From NCBI GenBank assembly GCA_964252035.1, contig OZ176212.1: a stretch of DNA of 64,000 nt. One strand, written 5' to 3'. Numbering within the stretch: position 1 is the first letter of the stretch; each line of letters starts with the position of its first letter. Of the stretch, positions 39,417-52,570 are shown in pieces. Both the position numbers and the translations under genes were made by a program. The notes below the pieces were generated by a model. It was given only the letters and a program-made list of their open reading frames with translations. It searched no databases and was not told the origin of the DNA. This DNA comes from Podarcis erhardii (taxonomy: Eukaryota).

Positions 39417-39602
39417 TGGCTGCAGCTAAGAAGGTGTTCACCAGCTTGTGGCGGTCCTTGCGCACGGAGTCAGGTAAACTGGTGGGAGGCATGGAGGGCC
39501 GATGCTTCAGCGTGAGCCTTTTGGGAGGCTTGATCTTCTCGCAGGGCTTGTTCTGCAGCTCAGATTTCAACATGCTCTGGAAATGCAAGCTCATTGGTAC
39601 AT
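39417..39602 (-). CDS. KANSL1: KANSL1 exon 8
   Basis: ctcccgcag|AT GTA CCA... to ...GCC A|gtaagt, 186 nt. Translates [62 protein letters not shown]. Confidence 0.96.
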
Positions 39603-40442
39603 CTGCGGGAGAAAGCAAGAGGGGAAGGCATTGCTACATGCTTGCATGTAATAAAAGGTATCCTTGTTGAATGTCGAAGAGATCACAAATCACAGTCATA
39701 GGTTAGGGAGGGACCCTGAGCATCATCTAGTCTAACCCCCTGCAATGCAGGCATCTCAACACATAGTCCCCCATCCAATCCGAAACCATACCGGACCCTT
39801 CTTAGCTTTGCAAAAGTGCTAGTGATTTTTTATCACGGAAGCATCATTGTGTACATTTGGTGGCTCACAGGAGATTGTAAAAAGAACTAGGTGAACATGG
39901 CTTCTAAAAAGTGGAACAGGTAACTTCATGCCATCTCAATGCTACCACCACCCTATAGAGATGACATTTCTGCCCTGGCCAGAGGCAGCTTGAAATTCCT
40001 TCAAATAAGAGAACACCAGACTGCTTGAAAGAAAACCAAGAACCTGTTAATGGAGAAGAGCAGGGGTAAACAGGATCACGGGTGTCTCACTGGCCGTTTC
40101 AGGAAGGGGCGCATGCTGCCTCAATCTAAAGATGGCCCCAATTTAAAGCTTCTGTGTTCCATGGATGCCAAAAATGATCCCTTCCAAGTTCTGCACCAAG
40201 CAATCAAGATTAAGTGCGCTTATAGAGTTCATGTGCAAAACCTATGCTGCTTCCAGCATACAGTGAGCCATGGGGAGTGCACATACGGAAGATGAGGGGG
40301 AAAGCAAGCTGGGTATGGGAAATAGGCTACTGGGGAATAAGGCAGTGTCTGTAGCAGCCAGCTCCCTCCCTCCCTCTCCCTCCCTTTGAAGACAACCAGT
40401 ATTGCCCCTGCACTTCCCAAAAGCCAGAAGCAAGCAAATTTT

Positions 40443-40499
40443 ATATATATAAAATTCCTGTATATATATAAAATTCCTGTATATATATAAAATTCCTGC
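40443..40499. repeat. Minisatellite, ~19-bp unit x3
   Basis: (TATATATATAAAATTCCTG)n. Confidence 0.85.
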
Positions 40500-41171
40500 A
40501 TTCCTGTACCCGTGAAAATCTACGAAAGCATATATATATATATATAAACAATCTGTACACCACACTTAATCACAGTCATTTCGAAGAGTCGTAATGAAAC
40601 TAAAACAGTAACTTCAGAATTCAATTAAAAAGGCCTGCTTGAAAAGTAAAAAGGGCTGCTTCTGACGCAACAAGATGCAGAACTTCAGCTCACTCGAAAC
40701 TCAAAGGTGACATTTCAGGATACAAGTTGGGGTTCAAGAACAAGAAGGGGAGTTTGCATTGCCTGCTGAGCTACCAACTTTTACCTCTTAAGACGCTCAC
40801 AAAGAGCTTGGTCCATATTAGACACTGAGAGTGCCTTTTATCTTCTGTATTATCTGCAGAAGGTATCTGACTGACGTGACCTGCAGCAGCCAGGTTTATA
40901 TCTGTGGCTTCACTCCAATGCTATGCCAACCATATTGGCTACCTTTCATTTTTTCTGGGCCTAATTCGAGGTATCAGTTCATAATCTATACAGCCTGCAT
41001 CAGCCTTCACAAACTCAGTGCCCTTCAACTGTTTTGGTTCTTCCAAGTGGGCTGTCGGATACGGGATGATGCACTGCTTTCATTTATGATTAAGTGTTTG
41101 TATATTTCATGGGATTTTATTGCTACTTGTTTTTTGTTGCTGTGCTTGTAAGTTCTGGGCAAGAAATAAAT

Positions 41172-41172
<1 letters not shown>

Positions 41173-41216
<44 letters not shown>
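41173..41216. repeat. (TG)n microsatellite
   Basis: Seen directly. Confidence 0.95.
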
Positions 41217-41221
<5 letters not shown>

Positions 41222-41730
41222 AAACTTGCCCTACTTCTGGCTAGGAGGCAGAGCGCATGCCTAGAGTAGTGGCTCTCAGAGCACAAGGAAGGCCTCTCTA
41301 GTCTCAAACTCCTCTATGATTTCCATCCCACAATCTGTTTCATCTGGTAAGGAGCACCAGGAGCGCTAAGCCAGACAATGAGATCACTCACCAGCTGATA
41401 GGGGCAATGATATCAAACGCTTGAACATTCAGACATGTGGGCATCTATCCCTGTGTTGCTGCTGCTTCAATCTGCTTGCACCCTGCAGATGTTGACGGAC
41501 TCCAACTCACATCAGCATGGTCTAGAATGATGGGAGCTGTAGTCCGAAAACATCTGCTTGCTATCCCTGCCCCTAAGCGAGTAGGAATGACTGCTGCAAG
41601 CTGAATTTGCTTATTTTAGAAGGAGTTGTGTCATAAGACAGTTTTTCAACCCCTCTAACCCTTGATGCAGGGAGCCTGATGGAGGACCCCTGTATATATC
41701 TGCATAGATACCATGAAATACAAAGAAAGG

Positions 41731-41889
41731 GAATTTCATAGATTCATAGAACTGTAGTGTAGGAAGGGATCCTGAGGGTCATCCATTCCAACCCTCTGCA
41801 ATGCAGGAATATGCAGCTACCCCATTCAGGGATCAAACCTGCAATCTCGGTGTTACCAGCACCACGCTCTAACCAACTGAGCTATCCAG
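41731..41889 (-). mobile_element. tRNA(Ile)-headed SINE with CR1-like tail (Squam3-like)
   Basis: Reverse complement reads CTGGATAGCTCAGTTGGTTAGAGCGTGGTGCT...GGTTTGATCCC (A and B boxes) then a ...CTACAGTTCTATGA tail. Confidence 0.8.
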
Positions 41890-42481
41890 GCTTTCCAAGT
41901 AGCACACAGTCCCTCCTCAGGACCCAGCAGAGAAGGCTGAAGCAGAGGCTGCTATTCTGACACAAGAGGTCAAGGGCAAAGGCTTAAGGGAGAAAGGCCA
42001 GTTGGGCAACGAGACAGCAGGTGAAGAAAGGGTGTGAGTTGGAGATATTAATAGAAAGACGCTTAGGTGCCAGGATGAGGGGGGGGGGGAGAGAAACCAC
42101 ACAGAGCAAGTGTATCCATAACAAGCTGGCAATTACGGCTGTGTGCTGAGAAACAAGGGGAGGGGGCAAGATGAAAGCTGTTGGATATACAGGTATCCAA
42201 GGGTTTTGCACTGCGGGGGTGCAAGGATTTTATGAATAGGTACAAGCAAGCGCATTGCTGATTAAGTCAAGTAATTCTCTCTGATCTGCCCAGCCCAGCT
42301 GAAAACGCAACTGTCTAAGTTTACTCTTCCTCAAGCTCCCTGCTGCACTGCCAGCCAGCATCTGAATGCGCCAAAACGGCATCGTGACCTGCCGACAGAG
42401 GGAGAGAAAGGGAGAACAGACAAGTTTCTCTCTATCTAGCCAAGTGCTTCTGAGCAGCAGCAGCAGCAAGTCTCCCCAGGG

Positions 42482-42495
42482 CCCGCAGAGGGCGC
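42482..42495 (+). promoter_or_regulatory. CTCF-like motif in a CpG-enriched intronic segment
   Basis: CCCGCAGAGGGCGC compared with the consensus CCASYAGRKGGCRS. Motif match only. Confidence 0.4.
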
Positions 42496-43193
42496 TCTCC
42501 TAGCAGTTTTCAAAGCCCTGATTAACATCCTCTCTCACCAAGGTTGTTATGATGTTATTACGTCATCTGGAAATTTCCAGTCGGATACCAATTCGTCCAG
42601 ACGAGGGCAGAACCTCTGACGAACCGACTCGTACGGTGGGGCGAGAGAGCCCAGTGGAGGGAAAAGGGAAACAAGACGCCTGCTTTGCCTAACTGTTCAA
42701 ATGATACCCATGGCTGCTCCAGCAGAGCATGCATGCCATGCAGCGAAGAAGCCATCAACAAACTAGGTCAGGAATGCCCGGAAATCGGTGCCAAAGTAGC
42801 TCAGCACTGCGGGAGAGCCAAAATCACAAATGCCATTCTCCGGGCCTCTCCCATCCAAAAAGATAAAGGGGTTTGTGCTCTGCAACCCAGGTGCGCTGCA
42901 TGCCTATCTCTGTGGGCTCAAAAAGACAGGCAAAAACTTACACACACACACACACCTGACCCACTATCATCCATGGCACATCACAGCTTCCACTTTCAAG
43001 GGATCACGGTACCAGGCAGAGCCAGTCAACCTCTTCTGGATATACAAAATGAACGCTTCTCTTGCAACCTGGATAGAGTTCCCCAAATTAAGCTGGAGGG
43101 AGGGCGAATTGGGGGGTAATCTCAATGTCGTCCTCTTTCCCCACTACCAACATTTAAACATGGTGCCCTTTTAACTGCACATGGCTTGCTTAC

Positions 43194-43359
43194 CGTCTGG
43201 GAATGAAAGAACCGGGTGGATGCAGGAGTCCAGCTGAGAGAGGCGCTCCATCAAGGGGGCTTCGTACTGGATTTCCGGAGGCACTGAGCTCCGAGTGCCA
43301 CAGAGGGCGCACAGGGGGTTCACGTCGCAGCTGCACCGCCCCATGCTGTTGCGATGGAC
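43194..43359 (-). CDS. KANSL1: KANSL1 exon 7
   Basis: ttgtgcccag|GTC CAT CGC... to ...GAC G|gtaagc, 166 nt. Translates [55 protein letters not shown]. Confidence 0.96.
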
Positions 43360-43395
43360 CTGGGCACAAGACGGGGATGGGGGGAGACGGTCATT

Positions 43396-43564
43396 TTTAT
43401 TTCATTTGTTATGCTTGTATCCCACCTGTCCTCCATTTGACACCCCCCACCCCGTTTCATCCTTGTGAGGTAGGCCAGCTAGTTGCTTCAAAGCCAAGCG
43501 GGGATTTGAACCCTGGTCTCTCAGGTCCTAGGCAAATGTTCTTAACCACTGCGCCACACTGGCT
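43396..43564 (-). mobile_element. Older tRNA-derived SINE (MIR-like)
   Basis: Reverse complement head AGCCAGTGTGGCGCAGTGGTTAAG...GGTTCAAATCCC. Confidence 0.55.
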
Positions 43565-43566
43565 AT

Positions 43567-43903
43567 GAGTCCAGTATACCTGAAGGAGCGTCTCCACCCC
43601 CATCATTCTGCCCGGACGCTGAGGTCCAGTGCCGAGGGCCTTCTGGTGGTTCCCTCATTGCGAGAAGTAAAGCTACAGGGAACCAGGCAGAGGGCCTTCT
43701 CGGTAGTGGCACCCGCCCTGTGGAACGCCCTTCCAGCAGATGTCAAAGCGATAAACAACCACCTGACATTCAGAAGACATCTTAAGGCAGCCCTGTTCAG
43801 GGAAGTTTTTAACGTGTGATATTTTATTGTATTTTTGCTTTCTATGGAAGCCGCCCAGAGTGGCTGGGGAGGCCCAGCCAGATGGGCGGGGTATAAATAA
43901 TAA

Positions 43904-43950
<47 letters not shown>
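43567..43950 (+). mobile_element. L2-clade LINE 3' end with (TTA)n tail
   Basis: Encodes YLKERL...RAFSVVAPALWNALP...FRRHLKAALF, the L2 ORF2 C-terminal signature, followed by a 3'UTR and a microsatellite tail. Confidence 0.85.
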
Positions 43951-45240
43951 CGGAATGTTTTCAGAAACAAGAGAGCCAAGCACCTGCTCATTTCATGCTC
44001 AGCACACACCCTAGATTATCCCTTAAGAGATGGCAGGGCCTAATCCAATCTCATCAATTCTGGTAAACTAAATTCATCAATTTCATCTCCAGGCACACTC
44101 TGGGCTTAGGAGGCTCTCAAACATAAAGGCAGGGCACCCTGGACCGCTGCTCTTTGCCTCTGTGAAGGACACCAAAGCCAGTTTAACCTGTCTAGTGAGT
44201 AATTCTAATTAAAGAACCATTGTTATGCAAGAGTATAGGAGGCTGTGTGAGAGGCTGCAACTCCAGACTACTTCACCACCTCCAATCCTTAACTGGGGAG
44301 GGAGGGTTGCTTCTCCTAAATCTCCATGACGACATCATGGACCCATATTAACAACTTTCAAAGGTTTAGCCTTTTTATTTCTTGTGTTTGTTAACAGTCT
44401 TTGAAAACACAGTACTTTCTCAAGGTAGCATAGACTATCTGATCAAATCAGGTTACAACATGTAACAAAGCCTTATTAAAATAGCAATACAAGAATGAAA
44501 GCAGAAAATAAGAAAGTCCTGGTTTTTATGCTCTTGCGGAAAGCCACCTTCACTCATTTCCTAGAATCAGGGAGCAAATAAAGGCAGGCATGAAGCATGC
44601 AGTCTCTATCTGGAGAAACAGTCAAAATTAGAGGGGGCCCATGAAATCAGTATAGGTCAGGAAATATGGTTTCAATATAGCTCCTTGTCTCGCTTTGTTG
44701 TAATGAGCAAATATAGAAAGCAGCACATACACGTGAGATCTGTTTAAAGTAGCAGTATTTGCAGAGTTCTTAAAATTCAAGGTGGGGTGCTTTTTAAAAA
44801 TAATCTGGATAAACTTGGTACTGAATTTTTATTTTATTTTTAGACATAGCCAAGGGAGCGGAAAGCCCCTCCTTGCCCATTTGACCAGTCATCAGGCCAA
44901 GACAGCACAGGGCACTCTCTCCCTTCCCATCCACCCACACCCTGCACCTAAGAAGGAAAAGCAATGGAGGAGGAGGCTTATCAGAGTCTCACTGCCACCA
45001 CCAAGTTTGACAACCTTTGCTTTATCTGCACATCACAGCGGCCCAGAGCACATACTTTACAGCGAGATGGGTACCGATATCAAAATGCAACATGGGCAAA
45101 TTCTTGCATGGATCCATCCTGCATTCTTTTTTTGCTTCATGCTGTCACTCCTCTCCCCTGCCACCCCAAATCACCAAAACCAGATTCCCACCGCCAAGTG
45201 AAAGACAAGAGGCGACACACCCATCTTCTTCCACACTGAC

Positions 45241-45436
45241 CTTTTTGGAGAGTGGCACCAGGCTGCTGGGTCGAACAAGCCGCCTCTTCTTGCAGCTGAG
45301 GACAGGGCGAGTGCGGGCTGCTACACAGGTTCCATCAACCGCTGAAGAAGCCACGTTTAGCCTCTGCTTTTTGCGCAACAACTCATCGGCGTCTGAGCTG
45401 TCTCCCTGAGCGTGCTCTGTCAAGCCTGGCTGTAGA
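45241..45436 (-). CDS. KANSL1: KANSL1 exon 6 (includes the [11 protein letters not shown]5-interaction-like motif)
   Basis: cttgggcag|T CTA CAG... to ...AAA AAG|gtcagt, 196 nt. Translates [65 protein letters not shown]. Confidence 0.96.
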
Positions 45437-47002
45437 CTGCCCAAGAAGGGGGGAAAGCAGAGTGTTAGGTGTCTCTACCGCTTAACCACAACCCCACTAT
45501 GAGTGAAATGTTTCCAAATCCCTGTTGTTTTAAAACAGAAAGCAAATCCAAGCAATGAGGAACTGAGACCCAGACTTTAATGCCCTAGGATAATATTCTG
45601 CCCTTGGAAAGCTAAGTTTCTCCAGCTCTGTTAGAAACGCAGGAAGGAGCCTTGTACCAAGACAGAGCACTGGGTCTCCTCAGCTCAACGTTGCCCATCC
45701 TAGCCCTCCCCAACCTGGTGCCCGGCAGGTGGTATTGGGACTACAACTCCCACCAGCCCCAGTTAGCATGGCCACTAGTCAGGGGTTATGGGAATTGTAG
45801 TCCAAAAAAAGCACCTGGCGAGCACCAGATTGATAAAGACTGGCCTATCAGGGTATGTTGAATTTTTCAACTTTCAAGTTCCCCCAATGAGGGGTGCTAA
45901 AAAGTTGTAACATGACTTGGGAATTCAAAATATATTTTTGTTAAAACAATATAATTTAGTTTTGCTTGGTAGGTAAAATGTGTGTAAAACTGCACAGAAA
46001 TCATTAAAAATGATTGCCAAGAACTTGCAGTTATATTTGTTGTTGCTAACGACGACAACATAGCATTCTGTTTTCCAAAAGCAGTTTATGTGCTTCTTCA
46101 TCAAGCATAGACCTACCAAGCTAAATAAAATAAAAGCAGATTTGAATTCCTCACACCCAAAAACATATTTGAAGACACTTCACTGAATAAAATTTGCAAG
46201 AATTTAGTTTCACCCCCTAAAATGACACTCCCTACTGGCCTTCACTGACAGGCAGCAGATCTTCAGCCAAGAGCTAATTCACATCTTTACCAGGAGATGC
46301 TGGAGCCTCAACAATGTGGGTTTTGCATGCAAAATATGCCCTCTGCCACTTAGCCATGACCCTTCCCTTTGCCTCTCCTCTCCCACCTGCCCTTCCTACC
46401 TTCAACCTCTTGCTCTTTCCTCTGCAGAAGTCCACACTTCTCTCGCACACCCCTGCTGTGCTCCTCTTTCCTGCTATAGCTTTGCTCCTCCTTCAGTCAA
46501 AGCTGTGCCTGGGGCAGCACTGTCCTCTTTCACAACTTCCATTCTCCCCAGTCCTCACACAGCAGCACCCCCCCCCAAACTCCCTTCCATGCCAATCTTC
46601 CTCTCTAAGCCCTTAAGAATACCCTAGCTCTATTTGCTTGTCTCCAAAGCATTATACCTGGCCTGCATAGCATTTCTAAGAAAGGTATGAACTGGCACTG
46701 AACAAAAGCTATAAACGTGGGCTGTGTTAATGTTTCTAGGAAAGGTACAGACTGGTGCTGGGAACAAATGCTATAAACTGTTCTATTTGGACCGTGCAAC
46801 GTTTCTTGGAAAGGTATAAACCGGTACGGAATAAATGCTATACACTTCAGGAAGATTTTGACTCACACACAAGCTGCAGTACATCAAGAGGCAATTCGTA
46901 ACCGAGGATGCTCACTGAGGAGCATAAATGTTAGAGCATATGTTATCATCTCAATTCCCCCCTCCCTTTGGGGTTGGGGTAAGCACTCTGCAAGAGCCTT
47001 AC

Positions 47003-47118
47003 GTGTTAATAACTCCATTGACCGGTCTCGGCACTCCACAAGTTTTGGCAGGTAGGGACTCTGGGGTATTGCCAACGGATGAACAAAGGTTCTCTGACGA
47101 ATGGGAGAGGCATGTGCC
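47003..47118 (-). CDS. KANSL1: KANSL1 exon 5
   Basis: ctctacccatag|GGC ACA... to ...AAC AC|gtaagg, 116 nt. Translates GTCLSHSSENLCSSVGNTPESLPAKTCGVPRPVNGVIN(T). Confidence 0.9.
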
Positions 47119-49575
47119 CTATGGGTAGAGAAGGAAGGGGGGGGGGAATGTGTCAAAAGTTGTACAGTTCCAAAATAGCCAACATATCGTTTTTCTCCTG
47201 GTTCTCTTGACATGCCACGGCAGCAAAAATCACCCAGAGTTATTTGGCATTTAGATTATTGTCTTTGCAACTTCTGCATTTCTGCCTCTTAAACAACACA
47301 GAACGTAACAGGCTGGAACATGGGCTGGTGACTTCAAAGCCCCACTGACTCAGGGATGCCCAAGAAGAAATTCCTTCAACCTTTACAAATGCTCTTAAAA
47401 AGCGAAGGTTTTCTTTGGAACAAAAGGCAGCAAGGCAGGTTTGCCTGTTTTCAATGTCTAGCTTTCTATTATTCATCATGTGATCAGTCGCTTTCTTACA
47501 GAAGGTGCCTTGCACAGCTGAGGGCATCTCAGAAGGTATCAATGCACACATCCCATGACATATCGCAACATACCCTGCAATTTCCTAGGAAAAAAATGTA
47601 ACCCTCTTGAAGCTGATCGTGAGATTGAACATCTCAGCTTAGAAGTAAAAGTGTGTTACTTTTCCTTTTATTTTCACACATTTTAAAAGATTCTTACGTA
47701 GGTAACAAGCACAAAGAATTTAAACCAGAGCTGGGGACCTTCCTTCCAGATATTGCTGGAACCTCTGACATTTGGCTAGGCTGATGAAAGCAGGTCCAAC
47801 ACCATATAGAGGACCACAGGTTTAAATAAGGGTCAACAAGTCAACCCTGTATAAAACAGCTCCTTATCCCTTTATATAGCTGTATTGCAGGCAGTAGTCC
47901 TCCAATTACTGGTGTGTGTGTGTGTGTGTGTGTGTGTGTCTATACACACATGCAGGGGGGCCCTTAATGAAATCCACCCTCCCAACTTCTAATTTTTAGC
48001 TGAAGCATGCCTCCCCCTTAGACTCCTAAAACAGCAGACTGCAGGGTTGGGGGTGGCCCCCTATCACCCAGTAATGTGAACACGAGTTGCTAGCCAGGGA
48101 TCGCAGAGGCATTTCAAGGACTGGCCCACGTTTCTCCAGAGTGGAGAGCGGCACTGTCAGATTAAGAAAACTGTATATTACATGCAGCTCCACTGCCAAA
48201 TACAGTCTGCAGTCTGCCCTGCATTTGTACTTAGCATTCTGCATGTATTATTGTGCGAATGACAACCTGCATTTTAATGGCCTGCGATCAGAAGCACACA
48301 ATTAGCAACACCCCTTTGCCAATCACTGCTGTCCGCTCTAAGGAAAGAGGTGGACGGTTACCACCCTGCAAACTGCCTGGGCAAATGCAGCTGCGAGGTC
48401 CTATCATAGCACCTGCCACCTTTTCCCAGGCTAGGAAATAAAAAGCCGCCTTGTACTGGAGCCAAAATGTGGGTATATAAAAACATATTTTTATCTGCTC
48501 CGATTAGCAGGGCCTCTTTGTGGCTTCAAGCAGAGGCCTCTCCCAGCTCTGCTACCCAAAATGCCAGGGAATGAACCTGAGGTCTGTATGCATGCCAAGC
48601 ACATGCTCTCCCCACTGGACAATGGGCCCTGCTCCCCTTTCCCACCTCTACGCTTACAATAAGTTCAGAGAGCGTAATTGTCACAGCATTTGCTTGCTTG
48701 CAAGTGCTATGAACTCCTACGCAGCATGGCTGGGAAGGTCTTGGGTTCCTGGGTCATTCACGTGCCTAAATGAAAGCACCTAGGAATCTTGACATTTCTG
48801 TCCAAAGACTGAACTGAAACACCTCTTGCATCTCTGAATCTGGGTCAGTCTAGGCCTGGCCAAGAGTAAGTTTGGAGCGTGCTTAAGAACTCTTGTGTAC
48901 TACTCTTGAGCCAACAGCTGAAAAGGTGGGCTACAATTTCCCTGCCCATTCCTGGCGCCACATTGGTCCTATAAATGTGCTTCTGGCTCCAAGAGTTCAC
49001 TGCTTTGCTCTTGTCAATTGCACTGCCGTTTAAACTGCCTAGTTACACTAACACGGTAGATGGTTCCATCTACTGTTATATACCACTGGTTCTGCTGTGA
49101 ACGTAAATTTGGTTTTAATGACCTCTTTTTTGCAGGAAGAAGAAACAGAAATTCTAAAACATTAAAACAAACAAATAGAAGTTTGATTCTTATGCCCTGG
49201 AATTTTGAAAACTGCCTCTGGCCCTGTGATGCAGTAAAATGTAACGCTGAGCTCACAATCATGCACAAATCCTGGGAAATGTGTGTGTCCAACTTCTTGT
49301 TGACACTGCACAGCCACAAGTGGAAAGTATGAGTCACAGAAACACAGCCATTCACGCCCACTTGGAAATGGGTTATTATTCACTTGTTCGGAGCCATAAA
49401 ATTCCAGAAAAGAGGAAGCTTTAGGGGATGGGGTAGAGAACCTCTGGCCCAGCAGTCAAGTGCAGCCCTACAGGCCCTCAGGCCTTCTGCTTCTCAGCTG
49501 GCTCTACTTTGCTGCTTTCAATGAGTGGTTCCGCCTCACTGGAATGTGTCCTTAATGCCTCTTGATTAACTAGAT

Positions 49576-49712
49576 CAGTGTTTCCCAAACCTGGGACTGC
49601 AGCTGTTTTTGGACTACAATTCCCATCATCCCTAACCACTGGTCCTGGCTAGCTAGGGATGATGGGAGTTGTGGTCCAAAAACAGCTGGAGACCCAAGTT
49701 TGGGAAACCCTG
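49576..49712. mobile_element. hAT-type MITE
   Basis: TIRs CAGTGTTTCCCAAAC / GTTTGGGAAACCCTG, 8-bp TSD AACTAGAT. Confidence 0.9.
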
Positions 49713-50534
49713 AACTAGATGGAGAATAGAGAGGGGTGCTTGGTTATCTGAGCAGAAACTGGCCTACCACTGTATTCGCTGCTCTGCCCACTTTTGTCTC
49801 TAGCATCACATGCCAGTGGCATGTGCCGCCCCCCCCCCCCGTTGTTCGGAAGGGAATGTGGCCCCTGGACTGACAAAGGTTCTTGATCCTTGCTTAAGGA
49901 AATGTGCCTACCCCTTGGAAAAGCTGGTTTCAATCTAACAATGGGCAACGAAAGAAGAACAGAGACGGAACTTCCACAAAACATCAATGAAATTCTTAGG
50001 GAAGGTCTACCATCTGCACTACTACAGAGTCTGAAGAAGGGGTGGGCCAACCTGTGGTTGGACTCCAGCCCCCATGGGCCCCAGCCAGCATAGCCCAATG
50101 ACAGGGATCATGGAAGTTGTAGTTTAGCAACGTCTGGAAGGCTACAGCTTCCACAACCCTGGTTTTAAGAGGAGGGGAAAAATCATATCAGAAACTGAGA
50201 GTCTATTAGTGAACCCTGGAGATTTCTGGATTTTCCGATGTGCTTTGGGTTTGTTAGCTTTTGAACTTCCCTTCAAAACCTTCCCTGGAATTTCTTTTGC
50301 CTATGCCTTCAAAATTCTCAGAAATATGTACTGGTCTTTCCCACGTTTTGCAAGCAGTGAACGTATTCTGCATATGGAAATAGCTTCTGTGCACAGATCT
50401 GTGGATAGGGAGAAGGCACTGAACAAGGAGCAGCAGACAGGGCAAAGTCATCCGGGAACATGCATGGAACCCAGAGGCTTCATGCTTCTCCCCATGTTGG
50501 AAGTATGTGCTGCTCTGGGCTCAGCAAACTTGTA

Positions 50535-50749
50535 CAGTGGTACCTCGGGTTAAGAACTTAATTCGTTCCGGAGGTCTGTTCTTAACCTGAAACTGTTCTT
50601 AACCTGAAGCACCACTTTAGCTAATGGGGACTCCTGCTGCCGCTGCACGATTTCTGTTCTCATCCTGAAGCAAAGTTCTTAACCCGAGGTACTATTTCTG
50701 GGTTAGCGGAGTCTGTAACCTGAAGAGTATGTAACCCAAGGTACTACTG
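50535..50749. mobile_element. Tc1/mariner-type MITE
   Basis: TIRs CAGTGGTACCTCGGGTT / AACCCAAGGTACTACTG, TA TSD. Confidence 0.85.
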
Positions 50750-50869
50750 TACCTGCAAAGTTTTGGCTGCTCCCGCAGTTCTCTATATAGATACGCAAAG
50801 TATGCAAATTGGGATTTTCCTGAATGCTGGGTCAAAAACAACAGAAGGGAGAGAGATCCAACAAGCAGG

Positions 50870-50918
<49 letters not shown>

Positions 50919-50933
50919 CACACACACACACAC
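50870..50933. repeat. Compound (GACA)n(CA)n microsatellite
   Basis: Seen directly. Confidence 0.95.
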
Positions 50934-51127
50934 TATAGTCGAAGCCTGCCTACTTCTGTTTCTCTGCATGCAGGATAGTTTTTTCCCCTGCACAGCGTAC
51001 AAACAAAGGATCCGTTAAAAGTGAAGAGAATGACTGAAGTAGACAGAGCAATATGATGCTAGCAGAGGAACAGGGGACTGGAAGGAGCAAGAGCCCGACC
51101 AGCTCTTATAGCACCCTCAGCACTTAC

Positions 51128-51232
51128 CAGTCTGTCAATCCCGGGCTCCGGCTTGACGTCAGCACTAAGAGTGTGGGATGAGTCACCTAATAAAGGGTCA
51201 GAGGGAGGCGCCTCACCAAGGAGTATCAGGCC
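51128..51232 (-). CDS. KANSL1: KANSL1 exon 4
   Basis: gtctctttcag|GGC CTG ATA... to ...AGA CTG|gtaagt, 105 nt. Translates GLILLGEAPPSDPLLGDSSHTLSADVKPEPGIDRL. Confidence 0.93.
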
Positions 51233-52570
51233 CTGAAAGAGACAGGGAAGAGCAATTCAGTGGCATCTTTCTCAGGCGGCTTCTCCTTCACACAACTCCC
51301 AAGAAATTTCTTCTTTCCCCTTTCACTTTATCTGCAAAGCTTCTCAAGAGACATCAGTTCCTCCACTTTCTCCTACCAGTCAACAGTCCCTTTTCCATTC
51401 TTGCACCAATTTGCGCCTAAATGATGGAGAGCTTAAGGGATGAGAGTGAGGGAAGGAAAGCATCAAGGTGTGGTTTTTGTTTTGTTTAAGTTAGCTTAAT
51501 GCTCCCAGAACAAGATTCTCCTTTTCATTCTCCTTTATTGTTCCGACACATGCTCTTTGTGATGTGTACAACAGCTGATGAAAAGGCAGCTTATGTAACA
51601 CAGCCTTTGCTTTCCGTAGTTTATTCAAAGTCAGCAGATTTGTCTCTCCAATAAGAAACCTTGACTTTCCTTTTTGGGACAGAGAACTTCACAGACAGGA
51701 GCAAAGTGAGTTCAGTTGGAATCGGCATCCACACATCTTTTAAATCTGGATCTTCCATAAGACTTAAGCCTACATAGAGCTAAGATAGCGTCCAAGGTGT
51801 ATTCTGCTACGGAAAGGTTCCCTTGAAGCTTCTGCAGGAGCCACGCCCCCTTTGTTTATGTGTACAGAGGGTGGTCCAGGGTCCTGCCAAACTTTAGCCT
51901 AGAAAGATGTATTTCCCCATATGAGGCTCTGTGCCAACACAGAACCCATAGGCATGTGAGTCTATAGGGAGGGCAAAAGAAGAGTTATATTATTATTCTA
52001 CATTCCAGATTCCCAAACTACTGACAAGTATCAAAGAATGCTCCTCTTTCAACTGCCTCCGAAAAAATTGTAAACTTATTCAAATGCTAGCAATTTAGAA
52101 CCAGATGAATAACCAATAGAAATATGCTCAGTTGACATCACTGTTTTTCTGGAGGCCATAGCCTTTCTTTTTTTTTAAGCCACAGTGAAGAATGCATAAA
52201 CCCTTTCATAATATATCATACTATGACTATATCTGGGTCCTCACCAACTCACTCACACAGGGCATAAAACAAGAGTTAAGTTTTTTCTGCAATGATCAGG
52301 AAGTAGAAAATGGGTGCCCAGGGACTCCAATTATTATAAAATTTGAACGTGGGACACTTTCACAGCTCCTGCTAAAGGCTCATGACTTATAAGTTTACCT
52401 TACAATAGCAGGTGTCCTTCTCGCAGAGAACAACTCAAGCCACATATTGGGCTGATTTGGGAGTCTCTTCTTCATAAACTTGAGCCAGCTTTAAATTAGG
52501 GGAGGTATACAATAGGCAGGTAGGGATATATGCGCCCTTGCAGAATGCAAGTTGTGCTTGCTAGGACATA

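Noticed and set aside
42559-42573. Intronic sequence encoding FPDDV, identical to the exon 7/8 junction peptide (possible duplicated mutually exclusive exon)
   Set aside because: The GT lies in the wrong phase to join exon 8, and flanking similarity is minimal. Treated as coincidence.
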